The position numbers and the translations under genes are program-made. The notes beneath the pieces are model-generated. The model did not search any database, was not told where the DNA came from, and was given only the letters and a program-made list of their open reading frames with translations. Source: a virus (lineage: Duplodnaviria; Caudoviricetes). Taken from it: DNA of 64,000 nt. Shown here in pieces: positions 17,875-27,470 of the stretch. Where the stretch lies: IMG/VR virus record IMGVR_UViG_3300034061_006011; one strand, written 5' to 3'. Each line of letters opens with the position of its first letter. Positions within the stretch are counted from its first letter, which is position 1.

Positions 17875-18802
17875 AATACAATGAATAATCTCTTCCATAA
17901 GTATTTATAATACGTTTCAACATCTGTTCTACAGCTGGTTTTAAGTTTTTATACTTATTTTTTTGTTCTTTTTTATTTGATCCTTCCATGGAATTAATTT
18001 TATCTACCATTTCTTTTATCTTTTCAATCAATTCATTTACTCTGAATGAGTATATCCTATCGCCATCTTCTGGTGGAATGTAAGATAATATTAAAGCATT
18101 ATTTCCAAATTCTTCTTGTGATAATAAAACTCTTAAAGCTTCAACGCCATTACTAATAATTGGATCTTTTTTGTGACTGCCTCTTTCAGGTATTGGTGAT
18201 TCTGTTTCTTCTGGAGATTCTTCTTCCATATCTCCGGGTCTTGACTTTCTTCCTAATCCAAAATATTGAGACAACTCACTTCCCGGTTGTTTGCCAAATC
18301 CGGGCTGACGAGCAGCTTGAAACATTCTTATAGCACCAGTTACTGGAGATGCTACAATCTGACCAGCACCTTTTCCTATTTGACTTAAACCACTTAATAA
18401 AGAACTACTAGCAGAATACAATCCCTTTTTAACTTCACTTGAACCCATATCTATCAAAGCCCAATCGTTACTTATTGCTCCTATTGGAAGACCAACGCCA
18501 GTTTCGATTGCTCCTAATCCTGCTCTTGTTAATCCAAAAGCTCCACCAGCAGAACCTTTAGCAGCTCCACTAATGATATTTAAAATTCCTTTAATATTTT
18601 GCTCACCAACATGACCCAATCCTGCAACTAATCCCTTGGCAGTACTGCCAATGCTGCCAAGAATGCTTTCATTAAGCATGATTCCTTTTCTGTTAAAATG
18701 TTCAATAATTTGATCTAGTTTATAATTTTTATCCAAAAGACGATTGAACTCTTCTAAAATTTCGTTATCTCTTTTAAGAACAAATGCTGAAAAATTTGTC
18801 AT
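17849..18802 (-). CDS. Glycine-zipper-rich hypothetical (possible ejection/membrane protein)
   Basis: MTNFSAF leader, LNE site, then a long GxxxG/AxxxG region; TAAATA upstream. Confidence 0.65.
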   Translation of the reverse strand: MTNFSAFVLKRDNEILEEFNRLLDKNYKLDQIIEHFNRKGIMLNESILGSIGSTAKGLVAGLGHVGEQNIKGILNIISGAAKGSAGGAFGLTRAGLGAIETGVGLPIGAISNDWALIDMGSSEVKKGLYSASSSLLSGLSQIGKGAGQIVASPVTGAIRMFQAARQPGFGKQPGSELSQYFGLGRKSRPGDMEEESPEETESPIPERGSHKKDPIISNGVEALRVLLSQEEFGNNALILSYIPPEDGDRIYSFRVNELIEKIKEMVDKINSMEGSNKKEQKNKYKNLKPAVEQMLKRIINTYGRDYSLYFREHSSQI

Positions 18803-18841
18803 GTTGTACCTCTAAATTATTTATGATACATATATAAAATT

Positions 18842-19168
18842 ATGAAACAACAATCTGAAGATCCTTTAGAGTTTTTAAAGAATAGACGTAAAGGAGCACA
18901 AAACAATGCTGCTGATGCTAAAGCAAAAGGCGGGGATGCTATACTCTCATATTATCACTTTGCAATAAAAGATAAGCCATATCGTGAAGTTATGCAAGTG
19001 CTTAAAAATGATGGTTTAAAGGCTGCTATTAAATTTTGTAAAAGTGAAACTAAAAGAGTCATTCGAGAATTAGATTTTATTAAAGACACTCAAAAAGAAT
19101 TTCAACAAATTGTTGGAGAAATTGAAGTCTACGGAGAATGTTATATTAAATTTTTAGAAATTGAATAA
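18842..19168 (+). CDS. Hypothetical protein
   Basis: 108-aa ORF; TATATA 5 nt upstream of the ATG. Confidence 0.65.
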   Translation: MKQQSEDPLEFLKNRRKGAQNNAADAKAKGGDAILSYYHFAIKDKPYREVMQVLKNDGLKAAIKFCKSETKRVIRELDFIKDTQKEFQQIVGEIEVYGECYIKFLEIE

Positions 19169-19181
19169 TATTTTTTAAATG

Positions 19182-20624
19182 CTAAAAATAATTTTCTAAT
19201 ATCTTTATTAAGTAACGCTTAATATTTGTGTACATATAACTCGCTTCATGTTTTTCTATATTAGCAATTTGTTCGTTTATTTTTTCTTTCATTTGATTTA
19301 CAATTTGCTGTGAATCAATTTCTTCTGGTAATTGATTCACAGTAATATTGCTAAGTGTAAGTGTTGAAGGTCTTAATCTGAGAAATTCTGAAACTTTTCC
19401 AACCAAATAAATTGTTGTGCTATTCTTTATTAAATCTGGACAAATGCTAATTTTCAAATTTCCTCTAATTTCAGATCTATTTATATTAATTTGAGTTGTA
19501 GACGCAGCACAAAAAGATGGTCTTGAAGTTATTGTGATTTTTGCATTAGGTAATCCCATAATTTTAATTATTTTATTTAGTAATTCAACAGATGGTTCCA
19601 AGGGATCTGTATTAGATAATTTAATTATTGTTTCTAACTTTTCATGAATTTCTTTCTTTGCAATTTCCCAATCATCCATATTAATTAATGCATAATCTTT
19701 TCCATAACCATGTCGATCAAAACGATTTGAATACACATTAACATATTTTTTATCAGGCATGTCTACATAACAACTTATATTGCCGTCTCCAAGATGATAT
19801 CCTATTGAAAAAACATATCTTGCTTTTGGATCTTCTGATATTGTATATATTGAAAAATTATTTGTAGCTCCAAAATCTGATGTTTTTTTGAAATTATATC
19901 CTCTTGCTGTTTCTGTCGTACCAGTTTTTTTGCTTTGTATAGAATATTTATTAAAATATTTCATCCCAACAGAATTGGCAATATCATACATTTTACGCCA
20001 AATTATTTTTGAATATTCTGCCATTGGAGATTCAACTGTTTTAACAACATTAATGACACTTGGATTAATAACACAGATTTGTTCTGGTTCATTCGAATGA
20101 ATTATACTATCGCCTTCATCAAGTATTGCATCGAAATTACCAGCCATTGCAAACAATTTATTCCAAGTAACATTTCTACTTAATTCGTTTGTCGCAATAT
20201 ATTTTTCCATTGTATACCATAACAAATGTCCGCCTTTTTTACCATGCAAGCTTCGCCAATATGGCTTATCAGTATAATCAGATATTCCCATCTTTTCTAA
20301 CAATTCTTTTGCTTCATCAATTGATATCTTTGAAAGATTAAGAACTTTGGCTTTTTCTGATAATTTAAAAACATAAATGTAAGGCATACTCCAAAAACCT
20401 TCATTTGTACGGTTTTCTTGAAGCATATACCTTTTTGTGAAAGCATAAATTCCAATTGGGTCATGGTGAGATGGTCTCAATGATAATTTCATGTTAATTC
20501 TTGGTCTGTCTGAAAAATTAACATACAAGTCTTCTTGACTTTCACGAAGGAAATCAAGAAGACTTTTATACATATTTCTAATATCATTTATTGCTTCTAA
20601 CAATAACCATTCTTTAAACATCAT
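19182..20624 (-). CDS. Putative virion-packaged protein with N-terminal ADP-ribosyltransferase-like domain
   Basis: MMFKEWLLLEA leader; LYVNFS / PIGIYAF / YVFKL / FDAILD / NEPEQICVINP strand pattern. Confidence 0.5.
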   Translation of the reverse strand: MMFKEWLLLEAINDIRNMYKSLLDFLRESQEDLYVNFSDRPRINMKLSLRPSHHDPIGIYAFTKRYMLQENRTNEGFWSMPYIYVFKLSEKAKVLNLSKISIDEAKELLEKMGISDYTDKPYWRSLHGKKGGHLLWYTMEKYIATNELSRNVTWNKLFAMAGNFDAILDEGDSIIHSNEPEQICVINPSVINVVKTVESPMAEYSKIIWRKMYDIANSVGMKYFNKYSIQSKKTGTTETARGYNFKKTSDFGATNNFSIYTISEDPKARYVFSIGYHLGDGNISCYVDMPDKKYVNVYSNRFDRHGYGKDYALINMDDWEIAKKEIHEKLETIIKLSNTDPLEPSVELLNKIIKIMGLPNAKITITSRPSFCAASTTQININRSEIRGNLKISICPDLIKNSTTIYLVGKVSEFLRLRPSTLTLSNITVNQLPEEIDSQQIVNQMKEKINEQIANIEKHEASYMYTNIKRYLIKILENYF

Positions 20625-20643
20625 AATGATTATTTATGCTTGA

Positions 20644-21453
20644 TCAATAAGTCTTGAATATATTTTCAAGAATAGTTACAATTTCACTTTTGTTTTGATC
20701 AGGAGTGAAATATTCATTCCATTCAGGTGATTGGGCTTCATAGTCATATCCAAGATGCTGAGATGAATGCTCTGCTCCCCAACATCTTATCAAACCTAAT
20801 TTTGGCAAAAATACTAAATAAACATTAAATTGATTCACTTTTCTTTGACTGGGAGCTTCAAGACCAAATCCTGTATAAGAAAAATAAACTATATATGTGT
20901 TATCATCCTGTCTCAATGTTCCTTCATAAACCATAACATCTGGATGCTTCAATTTCATGTTTGCTGCAATCATTACAACAAGTTCTAGAAAATTTTTGAA
21001 TTCAGCTTTAGGTGATTCTAAGTTTGTCTTATCAAGATATTCAGCAAGCTCATGTAATCTAACTGCAAGCATTTTCTCTACAGCAATATCTTCAGAGTTT
21101 AAATGTTCATAATCATTTACAACTGGTACTGAATACCTTGTTATCCAAACAGGTTCACCTTCTAAGTCTTTTATTTTTCGACAAATTGTTGCTCTACAAG
21201 AACCAAGAGGACTAAATTTAATTTGAATAGCACCTACTTGAGAAGAATCTCCATAGGTAACTAAGCTTCCAAAATCTTTTACTGGATCTTTAGTTCCAAT
21301 TGGACCAAGATTTATAATTTCATCTAAACATGTTTCTATTGCCAAGCCTTCAAGCGGTTCTTCATTATATCTCAATTCTTTAGTTTGAGATATACCTTTG
21401 TCAAAACCAAAGACAACATCAGGAGTTTTACCAGCCCACTCATTAAATTTCAT
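20644..21453 (-). CDS. Hypothetical protein
   Basis: 269-aa ORF starting MKFNEW. Confidence 0.7.
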   Translation of the reverse strand: MKFNEWAGKTPDVVFGFDKGISQTKELRYNEEPLEGLAIETCLDEIINLGPIGTKDPVKDFGSLVTYGDSSQVGAIQIKFSPLGSCRATICRKIKDLEGEPVWITRYSVPVVNDYEHLNSEDIAVEKMLAVRLHELAEYLDKTNLESPKAEFKNFLELVVMIAANMKLKHPDVMVYEGTLRQDDNTYIVYFSYTGFGLEAPSQRKVNQFNVYLVFLPKLGLIRCWGAEHSSQHLGYDYEAQSPEWNEYFTPDQNKSEIVTILENIFKTY

Positions 21454-21491
21454 ATCGCCTCATTATTTGTATTCTAAACATATATAGTAAC

Positions 21492-21776
21492 ATGATTACA
21501 TTCATTCAATTCATGGAAAACGTAGAAGAAGATAGCGAAAAAGATGCTTTCATTGATCAGTTTCAGCTAAACATAGATAAAGACAAAGGCTTTTATGCCA
21601 ATATTAATGAATTTGATAAAGAAAAATTAAAAGACCGATTGAAATCTTGGAGCAAATACGAAAAGATGTCTGCTGCTGATAAAAGCAATATAGAATCAAT
21701 AATTAATAAGAAGTCATCAAAATTATTGGATTTTTTCAATGCTTTATATTCAAAATCTAATCAACAAATTCAATAA
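21492..21776 (+). CDS. Hypothetical protein with capsid-targeting-like leader
   Basis: MITFIQFMENVEE; TATATA 5 nt upstream. Confidence 0.6.
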   Translation: MITFIQFMENVEEDSEKDAFIDQFQLNIDKDKGFYANINEFDKEKLKDRLKSWSKYEKMSAADKSNIESIINKKSSKLLDFFNALYSKSNQQIQ

Positions 21777-23175
21777 TATGTCCTTCTTTTTCAAGGGTTT
21801 TGATTCTGCTTTCTGAATGTTTTTTCAGATAAGGATTATTTGTGAAATAGAAGTCATAATATGTCACATGTTCTTTATCATTTGCCAATCTAAGACCACG
21901 ACCAAATCTTTGAATGATTAAATGTTCTGCTTGTCCTCCTGCACAATTTATTAAATTATGCAACATTACGTTGATACCAGTATTCATAATCTGTTGTGTT
22001 GCTATAGCAACACAACTTGTCTTGCTATTTTTTAACATATCTATAACTTGTCTTCGTGTATCAGCATCATCTTTACCAGTAATCCAATAAGCAGTTGGGA
22101 TAAATGCTTTTAATTGATCTCCATGAGATATTCTGTCAACTAAAATCAAAGTTCTACCTTGCAGACTTGTTACTATATCAACTACTTTTTTATGTAAAGT
22201 CTGATTAGTGACAATACCATGATCTACTGCTTCACTATAAATTGCTAATGGAATTTCTGGTTCTGAAATTGTATGAAAAATACATTTTGCCTGAGAAAGC
22301 TTTCCTTCTTTTTGTAGGTTTGCTGTTGTTATTTTACCAGTATCGGTTGTGGTAGTCTTAAGAAGAGGTCCAAAATATCCTTTTACTAAATATTTATGAA
22401 CCATATCTTTGCCACCATTCTTAAATGGTGTTGCAGATAATCCAATCCTAATTACAGTATTTTTTAGTTTTTTGTATATATCTTTAGTGCTATCACTAAC
22501 CATATCATGAACTTCATCAACAATTAAAACTTTGATATCATCTAACTTGTCTTCTATATGATGAATACTTTGTGCTGTTGCAACAGTAATCATGCTGCTT
22601 TTATCTTTGCCACTCCAACACGAACCTATTTTTTTAAATCCCCAACGAGAAATTTCATCATAGTTTTGAGCTGCTAAGGTTTTTCTATTTTGCAAGACCA
22701 ATGTTGGTACACCTTCACCTATTGCTTTAAGCAATGCAGCCATTAAAAATGTTTTACCAGCACCAGTTGGAGCGCAAACGACTCCACGCTTGTGTTTAAG
22801 ACATTGATTTACAAAATCAACTTGATAATCAGTAAGTTCTATTTTATTTTTTTTATCTTGATTAAATCTTTGTAAAAAATCTTTATCAATCGATTGATAA
22901 TCAAAATTAATTTGATTTCTGTTATCTTCTATTTCTATCTGCCCATCTATTCTTTTGGAAACAAGATATACTTCTGGTAATATTCCAGTAAGGAATTTTC
23001 CTGTTTTGGCAGAAAAGAAATTAACGTATCCATCCCATTTTCTTGATTTGTAAAGAGGTGTAAACTGATAACCTTTCTGTCTAAATCTTAAATTTTCACA
23101 TAAATATTTATGCACATCTTGGTTGTCTGTTTGGAGTTGTGAAAAATCATTGTTGATTATTAATTTCACTGCCAT
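21757..23175 (-). CDS. uvsW: UvsW-like SF2 DNA helicase
   Basis: LTDYQ, APTGAGKT, DEVH, GLSATP, QRFGRGLR. Confidence 0.88.
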   Translation of the reverse strand: MAVKLIINNDFSQLQTDNQDVHKYLCENLRFRQKGYQFTPLYKSRKWDGYVNFFSAKTGKFLTGILPEVYLVSKRIDGQIEIEDNRNQINFDYQSIDKDFLQRFNQDKKNKIELTDYQVDFVNQCLKHKRGVVCAPTGAGKTFLMAALLKAIGEGVPTLVLQNRKTLAAQNYDEISRWGFKKIGSCWSGKDKSSMITVATAQSIHHIEDKLDDIKVLIVDEVHDMVSDSTKDIYKKLKNTVIRIGLSATPFKNGGKDMVHKYLVKGYFGPLLKTTTTDTGKITTANLQKEGKLSQAKCIFHTISEPEIPLAIYSEAVDHGIVTNQTLHKKVVDIVTSLQGRTLILVDRISHGDQLKAFIPTAYWITGKDDADTRRQVIDMLKNSKTSCVAIATQQIMNTGINVMLHNLINCAGGQAEHLIIQRFGRGLRLANDKEHVTYYDFYFTNNPYLKKHSESRIKTLEKEGHIIEFVD

Positions 23176-23201
23176 GTCCGCCTCTTCTTTCTGTTGAACT
23201 A

Positions 23202-23230
23202 ATTATATCTATTATTATAAAATTTGTCAA
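23202..23230 (-). promoter_or_regulatory. Consensus sigma70 promoter for uvsW
   Basis: TTGACA-17 nt-TATAAT on the minus strand; GAGG before the ATG. Confidence 0.8.
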
Positions 23231-23245
23231 GCATACGGATAAATA

Positions 23246-23437
23246 ATGAAACTAGAGAATGGAGAATTTTCCATGATTGACTCAATGATAGAACAAACGA
23301 TTAGTGTTGTAGAAAATCTTGAGAAAAGATTGCATGAGATTGGTGAGAAGCAAAAAATCATGGAAAAAAAGCTAGAAAAGATACATGTAACTAAAATTAA
23401 AGAAAAATCAATAGTTATTTGCGCTTCCGCACATTGA
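23246..23437 (+). CDS. Small coiled-coil hypothetical protein
   Basis: 63-aa ORF filling the gap between genes. Confidence 0.4.
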   Translation: MKLENGEFSMIDSMIEQTISVVENLEKRLHEIGEKQKIMEKKLEKIHVTKIKEKSIVICASAH

Positions 23438-23885
23438 TGTAAAACAAGTAACTATTTTTTGACCCCGGTCTAAGACTCTTTTGATTTTGACGATAATCTA
23501 ATACAAGTTTTGTATCAGGATTTTCATAGATAACAAAATCTTTCAATCTTGATAAAACAGTTGTTATAAATTCTTTACTACCAGTAATTCTTAATGTATC
23601 TTCTTGTACCGTGCTTCCTTTATGAAAACTATCGATAGGTTCAAGTTGTAAAGGAATGTTTGGAGCTAATGCTTTCCAAAATCTTACAATTTCAGATTTC
23701 TTAGCCTTCCAAGGTTTTAATTTTGGATGATATCCTTGAACTTCTGGTTGTGGAACAGAACCCATAGTTGGTGCAGGAACATTGCTCGCATTAGCAACAG
23801 GAGAAGAAGATGTAGTTGGCTGTGCAGCAATCTGAGGCTCAGATGCTTCTTCAAATTTATTGATATATTCCCAAAATGTTTTCAT
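23415..23885 (-). CDS. Hypothetical protein with capsid-targeting-like leader
   Basis: Preferred start MKTFWEYINKFEEA at 23885. Confidence 0.65.
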   Translation of the reverse strand: MKTFWEYINKFEEASEPQIAAQPTTSSSPVANASNVPAPTMGSVPQPEVQGYHPKLKPWKAKKSEIVRFWKALAPNIPLQLEPIDSFHKGSTVQEDTLRITGSKEFITTVLSRLKDFVIYENPDTKLVLDYRQNQKSLRPGSKNSYLFYINVRKRK

Positions 23886-23903
23886 TGCTAATATATACTT
23901 AGT
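23886..23903. promoter_or_regulatory. 18-bp symmetric bidirectional spacer
   Basis: CAT-6 nt-TATATA-6 nt-ATG; TATATA is self-complementary. Confidence 0.55.
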
Positions 23904-24272
23904 ATGATCACAATTCATGAATTCAAACATAAAATATTTTTAACAGAAGCTGATGCTCCTCCTGCTGGCGCAGCGCCTCCTGCCGGTGGCGCACCTCCTG
24001 CTGCTGGTGGCGCTCCTCCTCCCGGTGGCGATGCAGGCGGTCTTGGTGGTAGTCTTGGTGGAGATCTAGGAGGCTTAGGAGGAGGAGGAATGGGTGGTGG
24101 AGCACCTCCTCCCGGATCAGATTTAGGCGGTGCAATTGGTGGTGCGGCAGGTGGCGGAACAACTCCTATAACAGATATTAAGAAATTAAATGCTTGGGAT
24201 CTTTTGGAAAAGTTTTTCCGTGATAAGAAAGATCCTAAAGAAGACAAAGATCCTCTGGACAAGTATACCTGA
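23904..24272 (+). CDS. Gly/Pro/Ala low-complexity protein with leader
   Basis: MITIHEF...LTEA, then repeated GAPPPAGG and GG.LGG. Confidence 0.6.
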   Translation: MITIHEFKHKIFLTEADAPPAGAAPPAGGAPPAAGGAPPPGGDAGGLGGSLGGDLGGLGGGGMGGGAPPPGSDLGGAIGGAAGGGTTPITDIKKLNAWDLLEKFFRDKKDPKEDKDPLDKYT

Positions 24273-24303
24273 TATTGTGTAGAATCTTAGTCAGGAGCAA
24301 TCT

Positions 24304-25383
24304 ATGACTAAGATTCTTTTGTTTTCTGATGCACACATTCATCCACATAAAAAAAGCGAAAAAAGACTTGATGATTGTCTTGATGCCCTTATATGGGTTT
24401 TTGAAACAGCTAAAAAAAATAATATAAAAAATATTTTATTCGGTGGAGATTTTTTCCACGACAGGTCAAAAATTGAATCTTTAGTTTTGCACAAAACATT
24501 TAATATTCTTAAAAAATATCTTGATGGTTCAATTAACTTTTATATACTTCTAGGCAACCATGATCTTTTGTATTTTGAGAAAACAACTATTAGCTCTGTT
24601 ACAGCAATATCTGGATTGCCAAATGTTCACATAATCAGTAGTCCTAAGAGGATTATGATTGACGATATAAGCTGGCATTTTATACCTTTTACACACAATC
24701 CAACAGATGATTTAGATTATTTGTCTCAATATGATCCTAAAAACTCATATCTTTTAGGACATTTGGCAATTGATGGAGCACGACTTAATTCTAAAGGATC
24801 AATTGCTGATGTTGAAATAGAACATGATGGAGAAATGGTAAAAGTAAACGCTAATATATTTCGTGATTATAAACATGTTTATCTTGGTCATTATCATAAT
24901 GCTCAAATGATTGATTCAAATGTTGAATATATTGGAAGTCCTTTACAGTTATCTTTTGGTGAAATGGAAGAAGTAAAAAATATTATCATACTAGAATTTG
25001 ATGGTGAAGATTGCATAAGTACCTATGTTTCAAACAATTTTAGTCCTCAACATTTTGAAGATACATTTGAAAATTTACAAAAAATAGATCCAAGAGTTTT
25101 AAAAAACTCTTATGTTTCTGTTCTTGTTGATAACGTCGATAAAAAAGAAATTAGCGATAAAGTTAAGTGCCTTGAAGAAAAAGGAATTTCTTTTGTAAAG
25201 ATTAAAAAGAACACAACAGCTAAAGATGATAGCAACGAAAAGGAACAAATAATTTTAGCTAAAGAAATATTATGCCAGTCAGACAAAATGGTTCAAAAAT
25301 TTGTAGAAATGTCTGAAACAAGTCTTGATAAAGACATTCTGGTTAAGTTCGGTATGGATGTCATCAACCAAGCACAGGAATAG
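24304..25383 (+). CDS. gp47: Mre11/SbcD-like nuclease (T4 gp47-like)
   Basis: SDAH, GGDFFH, LGNHD, GHL, GHYH, YIGSP. Confidence 0.9.
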   Translation: MTKILLFSDAHIHPHKKSEKRLDDCLDALIWVFETAKKNNIKNILFGGDFFHDRSKIESLVLHKTFNILKKYLDGSINFYILLGNHDLLYFEKTTISSVTAISGLPNVHIISSPKRIMIDDISWHFIPFTHNPTDDLDYLSQYDPKNSYLLGHLAIDGARLNSKGSIADVEIEHDGEMVKVNANIFRDYKHVYLGHYHNAQMIDSNVEYIGSPLQLSFGEMEEVKNIIILEFDGEDCISTYVSNNFSPQHFEDTFENLQKIDPRVLKNSYVSVLVDNVDKKEISDKVKCLEEKGISFVKIKKNTTAKDDSNEKEQIILAKEILCQSDKMVQKFVEMSETSLDKDILVKFGMDVINQAQE

Positions 25384-25386
25384 TTT

Positions 25387-27387
25387 ATGCGTAAGATTGA
25401 TTTCAAGAAAATCAAAGCACAAAATTTTTTGTGCTTTGGAGAAAATGGAATTGAAATAGATTTTAAAAATTATGATTCTGTCGTTCTAATCAAGGGAAAA
25501 AATCTTGATGTTAATGACAATAATCTTAATTCAAGCAATGGTAGTGGTAAAAGCAGTATACTAGATGCCTTGCTCTATGGTTTATTCGGTAAGACTGTAA
25601 AGAATCCTAAAAAAATTGGTGTAAAAGATGTCATTAACAATAAAACAAATAAGAAAATGGTAATAGAGATATATTTTGATGATATTAAGATTCAAAGAAC
25701 AAGAAAGCCTGATGGATTAAAATTATGGCAATCAAAAGATGGAAACTTTGAAGAATCTACAGAATTGACTAGAGGCGAAATTAAACAAACACAAGAATTA
25801 ATTGAATCAATTCTTGGCTTCAATTGTGAAACATTTAAATCTACTTGCATATTCACTGACTCAAACACAGATAGCTATCTCGAATCCAATGCTTCCGACA
25901 GAAGGATTATTATTGAAAATCTTTTAGGTTTAGAGAAATATCGCACATATAACGAAATTGTTAAGGAAAATATAAAACAGACAAAGTCATCAATTGCTAT
26001 TGCTGAAATAGAAAGCCATAACGCTGATAATTCTCTTAATGATATTAAAAAACAACTCGAACAACTTAACGATAAAGAAAAAACATGGAAGAAAACAATA
26101 AATGATGAAATTGAAATAATTAAAAATGAAATAATTTTACTTGAAAAACAAGTTAAAGATCTTGCAGAATTTGACCCACAAGTTGAAAAATATAATAACG
26201 CTCAAAAAGAAATTGAATTAAAAAGAGAAGAACAAAACCTTCTTGAAGAAAAAATATTAAAATCAGAATCAACTAAAGATCAAATTGATTTAAAAATGGA
26301 AGAAGGAAAATCTATTTTACTAGAAAACAATTCAGAGTTTTTAAAAATTAAGAATCAAATTGATTTAATCAGTAACGAAATTACACAAAATCAAAACACA
26401 ATTGAAAAAACTAAAAACATCAAAGAAGGTATTGTTTGCAAACATTGCTTCTCTATAACACAAAAAGAAAACTATGAAGTCGTTAGAGATGACTGTAAAA
26501 GTCAAATAGAAGAATTACAAAAATTAAAAGACATAGAATCAAACAAAATCACTGTCATTAATGACAAAATCAATGAAATTAAAAAACAATTACAAACTTT
26601 GATTGATATGAAATCAAAAATAGTAACATCTATTTCTGCTAATAAATCAAAAATTCAAACCATTCAGCAAGACATAAACACTTTGCAAACAATAATAAAA
26701 CCAGAAACATTAAACACTATATCAAGAATAGAAAGTAAGATATCATTACAAAAAATTAATATTATGGAGAAAACAAATGCTATTGAAGGCAATTCTCCTT
26801 ATTACGATCTCATTATAACAGCAAAAAATAATTTAGAAACTGCTTTGTCCAAGAGCAAAGACAATAAAGAAAAGTTGGTTGAACTGATGCAAAAAATTCC
26901 TTACTTCAATTTTTGGGCAGATGCCTTTGGAGATAAAGGTGTTAGGAAGTTTGTAATAGATCAAATACTACCAATACTAAACGATCATGTTGCAGAAATG
27001 CTTGATTTGTTAGTTGATAGCAATTTGATTTTAACATTTGATAATGAATTTAACGAAACAATTAAACGTGTTACTGATGATACACCAATAATATATGATC
27101 TTCTATCTAATGGACAAAAAAGAAGAATTAATCTGGCAATCTCACAAGCATTTGCTCATGTTAGAGAATTGAATACAGGATCTATGCCTAATATCCTGTT
27201 TTTAGATGAAGTTTCTATCAATATGGATTCTCAAGGAAATAATTCCATATATAAATTGATAAAAGAAATGGCTAAAAATAAAATAGTTTTTGTTACTACT
27301 CATGATCAAGAATTATCTGATTTATTAGCTGATTCTAGCAGAATAAATCTAAAAATGGAAAATGGAATCTCTTCTATTGATCGTTAG
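25387..27387 (+). CDS. gp46: Rad50/SbcC-like ATPase (T4 gp46-like)
   Basis: NGSGKSS, coiled coil with CKHC hook, LSNGQK, FLDE, TTH. Confidence 0.9.
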   Translation: MRKIDFKKIKAQNFLCFGENGIEIDFKNYDSVVLIKGKNLDVNDNNLNSSNGSGKSSILDALLYGLFGKTVKNPKKIGVKDVINNKTNKKMVIEIYFDDIKIQRTRKPDGLKLWQSKDGNFEESTELTRGEIKQTQELIESILGFNCETFKSTCIFTDSNTDSYLESNASDRRIIIENLLGLEKYRTYNEIVKENIKQTKSSIAIAEIESHNADNSLNDIKKQLEQLNDKEKTWKKTINDEIEIIKNEIILLEKQVKDLAEFDPQVEKYNNAQKEIELKREEQNLLEEKILKSESTKDQIDLKMEEGKSILLENNSEFLKIKNQIDLISNEITQNQNTIEKTKNIKEGIVCKHCFSITQKENYEVVRDDCKSQIEELQKLKDIESNKITVINDKINEIKKQLQTLIDMKSKIVTSISANKSKIQTIQQDINTLQTIIKPETLNTISRIESKISLQKINIMEKTNAIEGNSPYYDLIITAKNNLETALSKSKDNKEKLVELMQKIPYFNFWADAFGDKGVRKFVIDQILPILNDHVAEMLDLLVDSNLILTFDNEFNETIKRVTDDTPIIYDLLSNGQKRRINLAISQAFAHVRELNTGSMPNILFLDEVSINMDSQGNNSIYKLIKEMAKNKIVFVTTHDQELSDLLADSSRINLKMENGISSIDR

Positions 27388-27405
27388 GTTTTTACATTTT
27401 TATTT

Positions 27406-27434
27406 TTGATTTATCAGTCAAAAATTGCTATGAT
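27406..27434 (+). promoter_or_regulatory. sigma70-like promoter for nrdJ
   Basis: TTGATT-17 nt-TATGAT with extended TG. Confidence 0.55.
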
Positions 27435-27470
27435 TAAACATATCTATTTTCTTTTGAGTAAGGGGTTCTC

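Noticed and set aside
23240-23245. TAAATA as a late promoter for ORF 23246-23437
   Set aside because: It directly abuts the ATG with a 0-nt gap, inconsistent with the 5-6 nt spacing elsewhere; likely chance in AT-rich DNA
23915-24262. Antisense Pro/Gly-rich ORFs (also 47282-47554 and 52806-53025)
   Set aside because: Reverse-frame shadows of GC-rich low-complexity coding regions
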